Notes under the pieces: generated by a model
Told to the model about the DNA's origin: nothing
Database searches by the model: none
Seen by the model: only the letters and a program-made list of their open reading frames with translations
Translations under genes and position numbers: made by a program
Source of the DNA: Chrysomallon squamiferum
Lineage: Eukaryota > Animalia > Mollusca
Direction of reading: 5' to 3'
Assembly (NCBI GenBank): GCA_012295275.1
Contig: CM022666.1
Coordinates: forward strand, 10,416,001-10,480,000
Length of the DNA stretch: 64,000 nt
Shown: in pieces, positions 37,401 to 51,900 of the stretch
How positions within the stretch are numbered: position 1 is the first letter of the stretch
Layout: every line of letters starts with the position of its first letter

Positions 37401-38988
37401 AAATCATCATCTCACATTGAAATTTAAGTAAATAATTTTAATATGAGAAACACATTATTCATACTTATAAATATCTGTCAGTATTTATTTACTTCAGAAT
37501 CACAAGTTATTATGTATTAATTTTAAACTCGGTAAATATGGCATGCAAATAACAGTTATTTATGTCATTGTCATAAACAAATTTTTTTTTTTTAAACTTC
37601 AGTTTTTGGGGGATATTTTATTAAATAACTGGCTAAACTAAAACAGTCTCAGATTTCATAAAAAAAAATATTTTATTTTGAATGAATAGTTGTTTGTAGG
37701 CACACTACAATTATGTTTTATTCAGTTTTTACATTATGTAACTGTTAATTCTTTATTCTAAGACAATCACAATTCACTGCATAACAACAAAGGTATTGAT
37801 GCATAGTTATTGTTAATTGTAACAGAATAAAAGTGTTGTACATAAATTATATTTCAGAAAATGCAGTAAACAATTGTTTACCATGATGGGTGTATAAATT
37901 TATGTAATTTAAGTTAATGTGCAGTTTTTATTTGTTTAACAACATATCATTTCTTGTTTGTTTGAAGTTTTTTGTAACATTCACTTTACTTTTGTTAATT
38001 GCTTCAAGAAAAAATTAATTAATCATTAATTAATTTGTTTAATAAGTTGCATGTTGAAGTTCCTTTGTAAAAATATATCATGTTAAAAAAGTAAAATAAA
38101 AACATATGAAGTTGAAAGTCTGTATCATTTTACAAAAAAGTAGCAGTGTGATATAACCAGGTGGAAAGAGAAAATTAAATAATTTATGTTCTAGTTCAGT
38201 TTTTTAAAAATATTAATACAAATGATTTCACTCGAGTAAGTGTAACTATTAACTGTTTATTTACTTAGGAAATAAAAGTAATGGATAATGAAGGGCAAAT
38301 GAAGCTTATTGCTCTTTTCTTCACAAGTATGTTGACTTGTTATGGATAATGCATACCTTTTCAGTTACTCCAAAACATAAATTTGCCACTTTATTTAAAA
38401 GTTTAAAAAAATAGTACGATATAGAGGATAGGACCAAATCCTTTATAATCCTGTCTTTTTTATATTTCATATATGCACAGTGAAAGACATAAAAAATGGT
38501 TTGTAAATTCATGAAAAAAATTAATACTAACTTACAAATAGTTTGACATCACTACATTCAGGTTATTATTGGTGGTTTGGGAAATGTTTTCACTTGTGCT
38601 GGTTTGTTACAGTTCACCTCATTTCTTGTGAATACAATCTGTATTGTATTTTATTACAATGATTTTGTTTTTGTGAATAGAAAACTGTACATTTTATTCA
38701 CGATTAAACCACATGGATCCTTAGACAGCTTTTGTTGCTTACACCATTGTGGAAATAAAAATTTCTGTGGATATGATTTTGTCATATCAATGTATATTCA
38801 TTCATTCAAGTGAAATACAAATCTGTTATTGACATGTGATGAGTCTGTTTTTTCAGGGGTTTTTCTTTAATATAATCTTTAAATAAAACATACCTGAATA
38901 TTAATAGTTTAAAAGACTGTTTTGTGTGTGTGTGTGTGTGTGCGTGTGCGCATGCATGCATGTGTGCGTGGAGAGAGACAAAGAGATA

Positions 38989-39669
38989 CACCATGACTTT
39001 CAAGTTTAAATCATTCCGTGTCCATGCTCATAACTAAACTTGCTTATATGTCAAATCCATTTTCCCAACTGAAATTAATTGAAATAACATTAATCCGTTC
39101 CAGCTTCCCCAAAACTACCCTTTTTTTTTTTTTTTTTTTTTTTATGTGTTTTTAAATAATAAAAATATATTTGAAAATAACAAATATTGTATAAAAACAT
39201 AATAAAAGAGAATGTAAAGAAATAAATTGGTTTTGTAAAGTGTATTTATCTTGGAGATCAGACAAATTATTTTAATATGGTACATTTAGAAGTACTATGC
39301 TCCTAGTGCGTAGCCAAGTTGACTACATGTATGCTTTGCTCATGTTTTTCTATGAATTCAGGCTTTAATTCAATGGACATCATCTGCTTCTTCTCAGCAC
39401 TGTCCTTTGCACTCACTTTCTTCCGATCCATGGTCATAAAAACGAAATTTGGCAAAATACTGCACAAAACACAAGCATAACACAGCAGAGATGCTTCTGC
39501 AGGGAGATAACCACATGAAGTAAACGAGTATGATATGGGATGCTGGGCAGATGTTGTGTTGTTCGTTGCGCCAACAAGTAGCAGCATATTTGAAACTAAC
39601 TCAGATTTTGGCTTGCAACTCAAAGCAAAAAATCGACCAGGCGACTGCTGGTAATTCAAGGAATCATTG
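38989..39669 (-). mobile_element. Non-autonomous Tigger-type transposon, copy 3
   Basis: Minus-strand ORF 39303-39659 ([42 protein letters not shown]) and flanking DNA are homologous to copy 2. The ends are degenerate. Confidence 0.8.
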
Positions 39670-39731
39670 TAAAGATATGTATATAGATATATATCTAGAG
39701 ATATGTATGTATGTATGTGTATATATATATA

Positions 39732-40431
39732 TGATTTTAATTTGTCCCATGACCGAGCTCATTATTCAAATTAGTTCATACATCAAATCAATTTTCCCAA
39801 ATGAAATTAATTGAAATACATTAACGTGTTTTTAAATAAGAAAATTGTATGTATAAACGATAAATATTGTAAAAAAACAAAATACAAGAGAATGTAAAGA
39901 AATAAAATGGTTTTGTAAAGTGTAAAGGGTTAGGGTTTCTCCATCTTTTCATGGACAGAGGTCCACAGCTTATTTTAACGCCTTTAGGTGGAGATATAGA
40001 CTTTATCAACTCCAACTGCTTCAGTATGGTGCTTATCACAGAAGTGCTATGCTTGTATTGCCTAGCCATATTGACTACATGCAGACCTCACTCATATTTT
40101 TCTATGATTTCAAGCTTTAATTCAATGGACATCATCTGTGTCTTCTTCTCAGTACTTTCCTTTGCACTCACTTTCTTAGGATCCGTGGAAATTTAGCAAA
40201 TTACTGCACAAAACCCGAGCATAACACAACAGAGATGTTTCCATATTGAGGTAACCACTTGAAGCAACCGAGTGAGTCTTAGGATGCTGGGTGGATGTTG
40301 TGTTGTTTGTCGTGCCAACAAGCTCGTATCTTGGATTTTGGCTCACAATTCACAGCAAAAAATCAACCAGGCAGCTGCTCGTAAGTCAGAAAACTTGTAA
40401 GTTGAAACACTTGTAACTCGAGGTACCACAA
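39732..40431 (-). mobile_element. Non-autonomous Tigger-type transposon, copy 4, adjacent to copy 3
   Basis: Same internal sequence (MARQYKHSTSVISTILKQLELIK). Right end TTGTAACTCGAGGTACCACA abuts (TA)n; the left end is truncated in a TA-rich microsatellite. Confidence 0.8.
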
Positions 40432-42220
40432 TATATATATATATATATGTGCAAAAATAGATGCATGCAAAAATGATGAAAGACAAAAAGAATGGCATGC
40501 TTCAGGGCAAGCAATGATTACCAACAGTTACTGAGCAAACTTTTTAAGGTTGTCTTGATGGCTGAACAGTAACGTCATCTGCCTCTGGAGAGCCGGCAAT
40601 TGGGTGCCATGTTTTCAAGTCTCATTAGTGGCATCTGATGGGGTTTGTGAGATCGTGATTGGGTTCTTTCCTCCTGTGCCACTGTTGTCTATGCAAAGAA
40701 ATTCTTGTGATAATCAAACAAACGATTTATTAAAGGCCAGGTATGTGCTGTGTTGTCTGTTAGAAGACAAGATACATTGCTCCTGCTTCTAATGGAAACA
40801 GTGTGGCCCAGCCCATAAAATGGTTGGTCTCAATTATAATTATTGTCTCTTTAGTCAAGTTCTTAATCATGTTTATAAAGTCCTAAACTATATACTTTTA
40901 AAGGTTTTTTTAAATTTCACAATAGTATAGGTACATTAAATCATGGTAAAAACAAATTCCAGTTGATGGTAGTACTATTTGTACAAACTGATGCAAGTGA
41001 CCTAAACTTTTTTTCTGATACTATAATAATTTGACAAACACACCCTTTATATTTTCATGTTCACTGGATGAAACAAATTTTGTTTCAGTTTTCAGAACTC
41101 AAAAGATGGTTTTACAGTTCTTGAAATATAGTCATATGTAATCAATGGATATAGTCTAAATTTCTCCTTATCAAACATTAGAATCATTTTAAAGAAGCAA
41201 GCACAAAAGAAAACAATGTGCCAATACATAATGTATTCTCTTAATATTTTAATTTTCAAAATATCGTTATTAACAGTAGTATTCTACTTGCAGAATATTT
41301 AAAAATTATGTGATACTTAGTTGATATTTTATTCACAAGAAAATTACTACCACAACTAATTTTTAAAATAACAATGATGTTGTTAATAGGTACATCAGTA
41401 TTCTAAATAAATTATTAACAGATGAAATCTCAAATTACTTAATGAAATAAATGTAAAAGCATTTAAATCATATTTAGTGAAATAACCAAATTAAAAGAAA
41501 TACCTTTAAAATAATTAAATTTGCAGAAAATAAGAAAAATATTGCATGGAATATAATTTTTTATTGAACAGTGTACGACTGAATATTTTTTCATTGACAA
41601 CTGATCAAAGACTAAACATTACTGAAATGTCCACAATTAAATATGAAAAGAGCAACTGTTACTTATTAAAATTAACTCCATTAGGACACATAGCATAGCT
41701 TTTAATCTAAACAGATTTTCAGCCAGTTCTTCCACACTTCAATTGGTCTGTAACCTAAATATGAAAACCACCAAGTTTTATGACTTTTTGACATAATTCA
41801 TAAGATTTGCAGTTCAAAAGCAGGAAACAAAACTATATTCAAACTTGTGTTGACTTTCTTGACTACTGCGAACATTTGGAAATTAATTTACCATTCATTA
41901 ACTTAATTTGCTTCACAAAGAAACATCTGCTAAACTATTTTATTTTGTTCTGCCTCATTACTGGTTATATTAGAAGAGTTATAATTGATATATTAATTTA
42001 ATGATTGTTGCATGTCAAAAAGGCCAGCAATACCTGTATTTATATTAATGTGAAATACACTCCTGGTTTCCTTTTATACTTTTTCTCTTCTAATTTCTTA
42101 TTATTCTGTGACAGTTATTTATATACATTTTATAAAGTACTGCTGATACCATTACAAATACCACTATCTAAGAGAATCTGAGTTGTTCTTATTATCCAAT
42201 CATAGCAATCATATAGGTCA

Positions 42221-45200
42221 TCACGTAACTACTGGAGCCTGTGGTACATATTTGCGTTTACAGACATAGATCCTGCGATTGGAAACTGTAGCCATAAACA
42301 CAATATCATCATAGATCACTGAAAAATAGAAAATTCAAAAACATAATTAGTATTACAAAGTTATTGTAGCTATGTTAAAAATGTAATTATGTTAACATAC
42401 ATTTGACGAAGAAGCAGTAGGTGTAAAATAAAGATAAATTATGATGGTGACAATATAAATTAGGTAAATGAAGCCATTAACAAATATTTACCATAAAAAA
42501 ATGTATTTGACAAAAAAAATTTAAAACAAAAATAACAAAAAATATTTTTTTTTAAATATTAAGACTAACACAGATAAATCTTTGAACATTTGCTATAAAA
42601 TTATATATTTATGAAAAAAATAAGGTTCAAAGTTTTTAACACTTCATAAAGGTGGATAACATGTAATGATTTGGTTAATTTAACCCTATTACAAAACTGC
42701 TAGCAACAATAGTAAATGTTACACAAAAAACTACTGATGGTCTTTTTATGAAAATATAGCTCACCTGAAACTCGTTTGAAAGTTTCTCTTGTACCATTTG
42801 TTACAGGTATTTTACTTGCAGTATACACAAGTTTTGTCATTTTATTTGCCATCATCTCATCATTTTCCAATTCTCCACCAGACTATGAGAAAACAAATGT
42901 TTTTTTTTATAAAAATGTAAAAATGATATTTAAGAATGGGTTAAATGTATAACATTAATGTGGAATAAATTCATTCAAATTTGGGAACATACATGCACAC
43001 ATACACAATTTAACATTATATATAACATACACATAAAAGTGCTGCATACAATTACATAAATATTTTTGTACACTTACTGGAGAAAAACAACAATTGCTTT
43101 TTCTCATATTCTTAGTGTTAAATTTTTACTAATTTTGCACAAATTTTCCTCTCCTGCTCCTTTGTGACAATAATGAAACAAAAGAGGGAAATGGCACTCA
43201 ACTTTTACTGATTTGTAGTAAAATATATTTTATATAATCATTTGCAATGTGGAGAAGTTGTTAGACTGGAATGGGAAATTGTTCAAGGTGTAGGGTAAGC
43301 TGGGGTAATTCTGGCCCTCTTTTCGTTTCAACAAAATGGAGTGAATAATGTATAGTATATTTCTGCTTCAGTATACACAAACACTATATGTGCAGTGCTT
43401 ATACTTTTGAAATGGGAACTGGTCTAAAAATTGTTTTCAAGGGCCACATTTGCCCCAACAATTTGGGGTAAATCTGGCCCCCACATTCATGTATTTTGCA
43501 TTTTTGGTCCTCAAATTTGTTGTACCGATTACTGCTATGTAATCATTGCCTACTACTAATAATAATTTGTCCTAATCATAATACAAGTCAGATTCAAAAT
43601 TTCAATAAACTAAACTCCTTGACAAATATCACACAATATAATATGTTTCAAGTCCGCACCAGCTGGGATTTCGAGGTTTGAACAAGGGTTAAGACAATAC
43701 CAATTTGGGCATCCATCACATCCTATGAACTTGTTGGAATTCATGCCATCTCAATTCTGCCACTGTGTTCACATTTTTTTTTGTTTATCTACTACATCTC
43801 TCTCTTCTAGTTCAGGCTCGTCACCACCAATGTTTTCTTTAACTATATCTACCAGTTCTGCTGTGGGTCATTCCGTGTCAAATCACCCAATAGGTTAAAC
43901 CTGACTGTCTCAGATTTTTATGAACTTGGTATACCTGTTGACTGGGATCCCACAGCACCAAATCTGAAGTTTTAGGCCAGTCAGACCAGTATTGTGGGAG
44001 ATATGGCCCCCTGAATTTTAAGATTTTTGGCAAAAATGGGCATGACCACCAACCTTTGAACCCTCATAGCTCAGGAACTAGTGGGCCAATTTTCATAAAA
44101 TTGGTATTGTTGAAAAGGCAATATGACAAGGATTCCAAATCTGCCATTATTGTTCAATTTTTGCCAAAAACTTAACATTCAGTGGGCCATATCTCCCACA
44201 ATACTGGTCTGACTGGCCTAAAACTTCAGATTTGGTGCTGTGGGATCCCAGACAACAAGTATACAAGTTTCATAAAAATCTGAGATGGTCGGGTTTAAAT
44301 TTTATTTTTGGGTGGGGTGATTTGACATGGAACGACCCCTGTAGATTTCAGACTGAATTGCCGTTTTGCCTTTGGTATCTTCTACTGTTTTTTTTTGCCT
44401 CTCTCATCTTTGCTCTCTCTCTGCCTTTTCTTCCTCCTTCCTCTTCTTCTCTCCCAAATCTTCTTCATACCTCTTGACACTTTCTTCTTCTGTCAATGCC
44501 TCAGCATACCTCATCCTCTTGATTTTATTTGAAGTTTGACCATGGAATTTCAACTGATTCAAAAAACTTAAATAAAACTCAGAATGGACTATATCAATGC
44601 CAAAACTATTGATTTCAGCATCACATATGGGGGCCAGATTTACTCCATCAATGTGGGCCAGAATTGCCCCAAGTGGCGAGTTAAATAAAACACATTCCTT
44701 GCCTAATTGACACATATTAAACTCACATTTTTTTGCAACCTTGTTGTCTTCACTACTTTTGTGGCCACTATACTCCATGTGCAAATGGTTGATTATCTAC
44801 ATCCTTTGTTCTAATGTGAGATAGGATTCTGTTTATATCAACAAAATTCCAGAACTTGGACAGAATAGTACAGTACCTTGGGGGCCAGAATTACCACCAC
44901 CTTACCCTATACTGAACAGGATTTATCCTGCAAGTCTATCAACCGAGCTACCACACATTCAACATGAATCACAAAAAATATCTGTAAATTAAATTAATCT
45001 GTTTTTCCCCTGTTGGCTTACTAAAAAAAAACTCAGTTCTATAGTACTGCTCACTCTACTCATGAGCAAACAAAATTAAAAACACATCAAGTTCAACTGT
45101 CTGTTATCACATTAAAATCATTACACTTACACTAACTACAGCACCATCTTCGGTGAGTACTAGATATCCCAGGGAATCTGCAATTCTGTCCATTCCTTGT

Positions 45201-45509
45201 GTTGCCATCTGTAAACGATTTTTTCTTTTTTAAAGTTAACTTAAAGTATAATACCCTAAAACATCTTTACATTTAAAGTTTTAATAATTTTGACTGATAT
45301 TATTTTAGTTCAGAGGAGAATAAATCTAATTCTTAATTACAATTACTGAAGAAAAAGAAGAATTATACAGTATAACTGAGTATACAATATTAATAATAGA
45401 CACAGTCGACCAAGTACTGAGTGACAGCGGCAATTGGTTGTTGGTTCCATAAATGATAAAGCTACCTTGAAAACTAGCATGGGAAAAAAGGAGATATAAT
45501 AATTACCAT
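42221..45509 (-). CDS. LAMTOR4: Ragulator complex protein LAMTOR4 (~97-98 aa)
   Basis: Minus-strand exons 45208-45131 (MATQGMDRIADSLGYLVLTEDGAVVS), 42882-42765 (SGGELENDEMMANKMTKLVYTAS..FKRVS), 42318-42221 (VIYDDIVFMATVSNRRIYVCKRK..stop). A probable upstream exon ends in ATG|GTAATT at 45509-45507. Clear match to LAMTOR4 motifs (LGYLVL, GDLENDE, FKRLSV). Confidence 0.93.
43293..44907 (-). mobile_element. Internally deleted pogo/Fot1-like DNA transposon with C-terminal transposase remnant (charged coil plus PHD-like finger), in a LAMTOR4 intron
   Basis: TA-GGGTAAGCTGGGGTAATTCTGGCCC ... GGGCCAGAATTACCACCACCTTACCC-TA, with internal repeats of the TIR core (~43440-43480, ~44630-44670). Minus-strand remnants RYAEALTEEESVKRYEEDLGEKKRKEEEK and FIGCDGCPNWYCLNPC...ILCDICQGV*. 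Confidence 0.75.
43865..44338. mobile_element. Foldback MITE, Sola2-like (GGG termini, 4-bp TSD CTGT), nested in the pogo-like element
   Basis: CTGT-GGGTCATTCCGTGTCAAATCACCC ... GGGTGATTTGACATGGAACGACCC-CTGT. The arms are ~170 bp and include a perfect 68-bp inverted match (43942-44009 vs 44184-44251). The superfamily is inferred from GRG termini plus a 4-bp TSD. Confidence 0.8.
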
Positions 45510-45961
45510 GGAGCTGTAACAGCTTTAATATTACAAGTTTGCCAATATGAATGCTGTCACCGCCAGTTATTCGTTTGTATTAATCTTATTACCAATATTA
45601 AATATCACTACCCCTTAAAAAGCTTCTGCTACAAATTTGTCAGTGTCACTGCTACAAACTAAGTTTCCCATCGCCGCGAGAGTGGCATTTCAAATAATGA
45701 AATTGCATTATATTTAAATGTAATAAATAATAATATTATAATGTATTAGATATAATTCTGTTTATACAAATGTTAATTTTTGGCAAATATACAAAATATG
45801 TAAAAATAAGAATAAGTTACGCCTTCTTAACGTCATGTCACGTGACAATTGGACGAGATCCAAGATGGTGCTGAAAACCACTTCCTACACTTCAGGCATT
45901 GTTGACGTCTTTTATTTTATACTTATTTTATAATGTTTATACTGCAGGTCACGGTTTCAAT
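45510..45961. promoter_or_regulatory. Bidirectional promoter LAMTOR4/UVRAG with CLEAR (MiT/TFE) E-box
   Basis: The genes diverge across ~450 bp with raised CpG content. Perfect palindrome GTCACGTGAC at 45837-45846, YY1-like CAAGATGG at 45861, ETS-like CACTTCCT at ~45879. Confidence 0.75.
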
Positions 45962-48900
45962 ATGCCAGTTGGAATAAACCTGCACGATTTATCAACCTAT
46001 CAGGTATAGCATAAAACGGCCCCAATCTGTCCAATTATTCTTTTTAAAACTGCATCCTGAGATCCTCCCAATTCTGAGTATTCATTAGCGTTCGTTTGTT
46101 TTTATTTTAAATTTTTTAAAATAAAAATAATTGTTTGAATTACAATAAACGTGATGTATTTTAAAAAACCAGTTATTAAAAATAATTATTTTTAGAGACA
46201 ATACTGTGAAAACCTTTTTTTATATATATATTTTCAAACATATTCACAAATAGCAAAAAAACAACAAAAAAAAAGAATTAAATCACAGAATATTAACTAA
46301 TATTAACTTGTTACATGGTTTATGTAGTATATAAAATGACAGAAATATTTTACTCAAGCTTTGTATTAACTAATAATAGTATTAATATCATGATGTATGT
46401 ATATTAAGCTTTATCAAAGTATTAATTTGTGCACGTCATCTTTGATGAACAACAGAGAATCAACAGACAAATTTACCATTTCAAAATGATTGTTGTGTGT
46501 CCAAGGTAAACTTACTTGAGTCTTTAAAGCATATACAAAATTCACATTATGCATTTCTGTCATAGGCTGCCAGATGTCATACAAATATTTAGAGTTAACT
46601 GATGGTTGTTTTGGGATACCCAAATGAGTGGTGTTCTCAGCAAACAACATTAATGAAAATGACACAGCCACAGCCAATGACTTACAAGTTCGATATTTTG
46701 TTTAATTTATGTGGCATAATGCAAGGAATGTGTGATATGATGCTTCTAAACTCTGTTTTCAGATATAATTCATGTACATTGATTTGATGTTTGTGAAATG
46801 TTAGATCTGCATAATAAAGGCATAACACAAATTAACACTAACTGATGCTATTAATTAACTGGTACAAAAATGAATATTAGCAAAATACTTGATTATGTAA
46901 AGGCCCCTACAGTTAAATCATCAGTCTTGAAAAAGTATCCTTTTTGCATATTGGTTTAATTTCTGTACATTTTTTGAGAATTACATAAATTCTTAAAGTA
47001 AATTTGAACTAATTAGTTTGATTAAGTAATTAATTACAATTCATGAGTATTAGCAAATTGCTTATTTTGATGTACAATACATGTATACTGGATTAAATAT
47101 TCAGTGTTTATGATGCAAAATGACAGAAATGAATCAGTTTCTCAGTAGATTATGAAGGGAAAATACTCATATATTTTATTCCAGTAAAAATTCATAACTT
47201 TTTCACATCAAGGCTATCAAAGAGTTCTTGGTGTCATTTTAATATGCATTTTTTGCTCTTTCAAATGATATTAAATGTTTTACTAAAATAAAAATTTTGA
47301 AAATGTTGTCACGTACCTACTAATACACATAAGTTGTCTTTATAAAGCTTTTGTTCTGTTGACGTTATGTACTTGATGTTTGACCTATCTGTACTTCAAA
47401 ATAATTAGGACTCCATATATGTGAACAAAATATTTTTCCACTATAAAAGTCTAACAAATTTTGAATTACAGTAAAGTGAATTCTAAATTGACTGCCAATT
47501 TCTCTGGGTGTACAGGTGCATAAAATTTGAAAGTAATAATTAATAACAAATTCTGAATAGGAACTAATGGATCATTTTCTACCTTTTAGAAACGACTACG
47601 TCATTTGAGATGTCTGGCAGTGAGAAATCTGCTGTGTGCAAGTTACCATGGGAAAGAAATAACCAGAATGCAGACATTCTTCACTTTACATAAAAATAAT
47701 TCTTCTAAAGGTATTTAAAAATAATAATAATAAATAGTAATAATAGTAGTAGTTGTAGTAATATTAATATTAGTATTAATATTTATATTTCATTGCATTT
47801 GTTTTTCCTATTTTTTTAAATCTTTAATTTTTATTGTTATTATTAATCAGTTGTGGTTTATGATGAATAAAACTTAAATGGCTGAGCAGTTAAGTATTTT
47901 CTGTCAAAAAATTATTAAGAACAAATTATTTTGTGCTTTACTCATCATTATAGCAGATAATTTAGAATATTCTTGGAATAACAAGAAATTGTGAAGGTTA
48001 TAGAGTATGAATAAAATTTGACAATGACATTAAATGTGAAAAAGAACTAACATCTTTTAAATGATATCTAAAGGAAAACAGTATAATGAAAGAACATATC
48101 TAAAAAGTGAGATTATTGTTTTAGAAATTCAATGATAAGCAGGTGGTGAAATTATGTACTAATAATAAAAAATGGATATAATTAATTACCAGTGCTGTTT
48201 TTTATTTTACAGCATTCTACACAAGTGAGAAGATAACAGGCTCTGTGGTAAGCACTGACTTCTTTTTACAAAACACAACTGTTATGATATGAACAGATTG
48301 TTGTTGGTGTATTTAAATTCACAACCGGTATACTTCAAAGACTACAGTATTTTCTTCCATTGTCTGTGACTGACTAAGCTTATAATTTGAATAATAAACA
48401 TGATTATAAAAATGCAGAGATTTATTTATATATGTATTTATTTTTCAGAATCCTACTTGGAAGAGTTTTAACATCAGTCAGTATGAGAAAGATATTGATA
48501 CCAAATCTACATGTATCTTTTTTCAAACTTTATTATGTTTATAAATTATGTTATTTTTATAGCTTGATCTAACCAAACAAGATATTTGGATATATTTAGT
48601 CTAAAGTGATATTTTTCTTGGATTCATAAAAGGATATAATCAACACATAACAAAGAACATGTAGAAACAGAAATACATTCAGCAGACAGTTATATCTATT
48701 CAGACATTACACTTACATACTGATATATATGAATTAAATATTAAACTGATAATCAGGATTGATTGTCAGTTTATGTTTGTTGCTGTGTGAGAAAGAGAGA
48801 GAAAGATCAATTGTCTGTGTAAGTACAAAATAATTATTGTTATTTTTCCTAAATAACTTTAGTTATAGTTCTTCGTGTTTGGGTTGGAGAGGGTTCAATG

Positions 48901-51900
48901 TTCAAACTTCTTATTGAACTTCAAGTCCATCTGACTGGTCTAGTCTTTTTCACAGAAAAGGTAATGTACAGCTAAAGGTAACAATGTGTTATATAAATAA
49001 GCCAAATGTTATTCCTTTAAGCTTTATTTTTTGAAATTTGTATTTTATTTTTATTTTTTTCAAAGATATTTGTAAAGCTGTTGATAGTATAAATGTATTG
49101 TATTCATTAGTATTTATAGTTAAACATTTTTGAGGACAAAATATTTCTAATAAATGAAAGATAAATAACAAGAAAAGTAATTATAAAATTCTTTAATTTT
49201 ATGTAGTAATATGTAATATATAATTGTGCATGAAATTGAGCATGGAATCAAAAAATTCATGATGATATAAATAATAATATATTATATGTATCTTAAATAT
49301 GATAATCTATTTGTTTACAGTTACAACAAGGTGGAGTGAAGTATGCCCCTAACACTGTGATATTTGGAATGTTTGATAAATACTTCACTGCTCCAGAAAA
49401 GTCTCAGCATGCAGCCAGTACAGTTCAAGTATATATATATTTTTTATATACTTTCCAGTCAATGAAATGTAGTGTGATGCCATTGTAGAAAATGTATAGC
49501 AACTTTTATTATTAATAAAATTTGCCAGTTGAGTTAATATTTTTAGTTTTTTAATAATTATTTTGGATTGTAAGATTATTATGTTTTTTATGCTATGTAA
49601 TGTTGCTCTGCCAACCAGTTTTTAATGTTGTACTGAAATAAACCTAGTATTTTTGCTATTGAGTTTTAGCTTATTTCTTCTGATATTATGTGTGTGTGAT
49701 GTGTGTGTGTGTGTGTGTTTTATAATCAAAAGATATATCAGACCAAGATACAGGATAACATTAGCTTCCTATAAATGTAGCTTATACATCATTCATCATA
49801 TCTTTATTTAAAGTAGATATCTTATCACAGACATTTTTATTTCAAATTATTTACATTATAAATCATTCATTGACATGTTATTTCACTACCTAGATCTACA
49901 TGATGTTATACTGATACATTATTTTGAATTACTTATGTTTGTGTTATATTATGTTGAATTATTTATATTTATGTTACATTACATTATGTTTAATTCAGTG
50001 CTATGTTGAATTATGTTTATTTGTTACATTATTTTTTGTTGAATATTGTGTCTTTGTGTTATAGTAAGTTAAATTAGTTCATATCATTTAAATTATTTCA
50101 GCAAAATGAAGATGAGGGGAGTGCAGCAAAGTGTACTTTGTTTCTAAGATGTGATCCCTGTGCTGTGAGAAACTCGTATTCTACAAATTCTGTGTCACGG
50201 TATTGATTTTGAAAACTATTGTAAATACAGTCATAAATAAATAAAACATATTTAATGTATATAAGAAACATTGATTTATATAAATCTTTTAGTAGATGAA
50301 GAAAACTAAATCCTATTTTTAATGTTTTTGTTTGTGAAATCTTTGAGTAGTAGTACATGCTGTGTGCAAACATTTTGTTTGAAGTTCAGTGTACGTATGC
50401 AAGTCACTGACACCTGTCAAGAATAAATTATGTCCTTGTTTGTGTAAAATGATATGTCTTCTTTTTAATTTTAGGATCCACACAATATTGAAAGCCACAA
50501 AACAAACTCAGGCTTCCGTAAATAAAGTTCATCGTTCAATTGAAGACTGTTTGTTATCGTCACAGGAAATGACTCAGAAGGTAGGGGCCATAATATACTG
50601 ATATGTTTACATGTTAGCTTAGCATAATCTAGTAAAACAAATTATTATTAAGTATGTACAGTTTATAAATTTCTGTTTGCATTTAGATTATTCATCATAT
50701 AAACGTTTATTTTGCACATAAATCTATATTTATAAGTGAGATAATAGTTTTTTAAAAGCTGTAGGCATTTCACATTTAAATATTAATCTCTTTGTGATAG
50801 GTTTTTATTTTAATTAGTACAAACAACTACTGAACTGTTATCAAGATTATACAATATGATGAGTTAGTTATTATTATTATTTATTTATTTAAAACTTTTA
50901 TTTTATTTCTTTATTTTTAATTCTTTATTTATCTATTTATTTACTTTTGCTTGCTATTTTATCTCCTTAGGATAAGGTTTGTAGTATAGTTTTTAAAAAA
51001 TATTTTGATGCTTTCCTTTGAATTTTTAAAATATAAATGACACTTGCATTTGTGTGAACATTAAAATAAGTTTTTGCAAATAAGGAATTTTTAACATCAG
51101 GTTTTAGGTAGGACATGCTCTCTTTCATTTATTTATCTTTTTTTTTTAAAGGTTTTATGGTCTTAATTTTAATAATTTAAAAAATAAAGAATTATAGTTG
51201 TAGTTTATTTTTTTATTTGTATATTCTGTATTGTAAGTGTTTATATAAATCAGTTTCTAGTGTTTATATAAATCCAGAGCATGCTTTTTCGGTTATAGAA
51301 ATTTGAAGATTTTAAAATTTTCCTTGTAATTTTCATCTGGCATGCTTTCAGTCAACTAGAACATTTTTAAGGTGTTTTTTTTTGTTAAACACTTGATTTA
51401 TTTTTCTTATTTTACTACACAGTTATGGTTAAGGTAAATGTATTCTTTATTTAAGAAGCCAGCAAAAACAAATGCACACCAAAATAGTTTTCAGCCATAA
51501 CTTTATTAATAACAGAATTTATCATCTGAGCTAGAATTAAATCTCAGTTATGTAAACTGTGTAGATTTAAATTTAACTCAACAGTTTCAGAAATATTCTG
51601 TACTTAATAACAATATTATATGTTTATAAGCATGTTACTTTAGGTTAATGACCTGCATGAGTAAATGAAATATTGCCATGAAGTATTTTGGTTATTTTAT
51701 GTTACTTTATGAGACTATGTAAAGCTTGTTTCATTTTATGTTCTTACATCTATGAGAATGTGTTACAAATCCGGTTATTTATATTACAGCAGTGTGTATG
51801 TTACAGACTATTATTTATTTTACTAATTTGATTATCTCTGTTAAACTAAGCGTATATTATTATTTGTTACAAATTTATTATTTACAGCTACAGGAACGTG

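Noticed and set aside
45865-45933. ATG GTG CTG AAA... as the UVRAG start
   Set aside because: It hits a stop at ~45931 and the ATG is part of a YY1-like motif. ATG 45962 gives the homologous LSTYQKRLRHL N-terminus.
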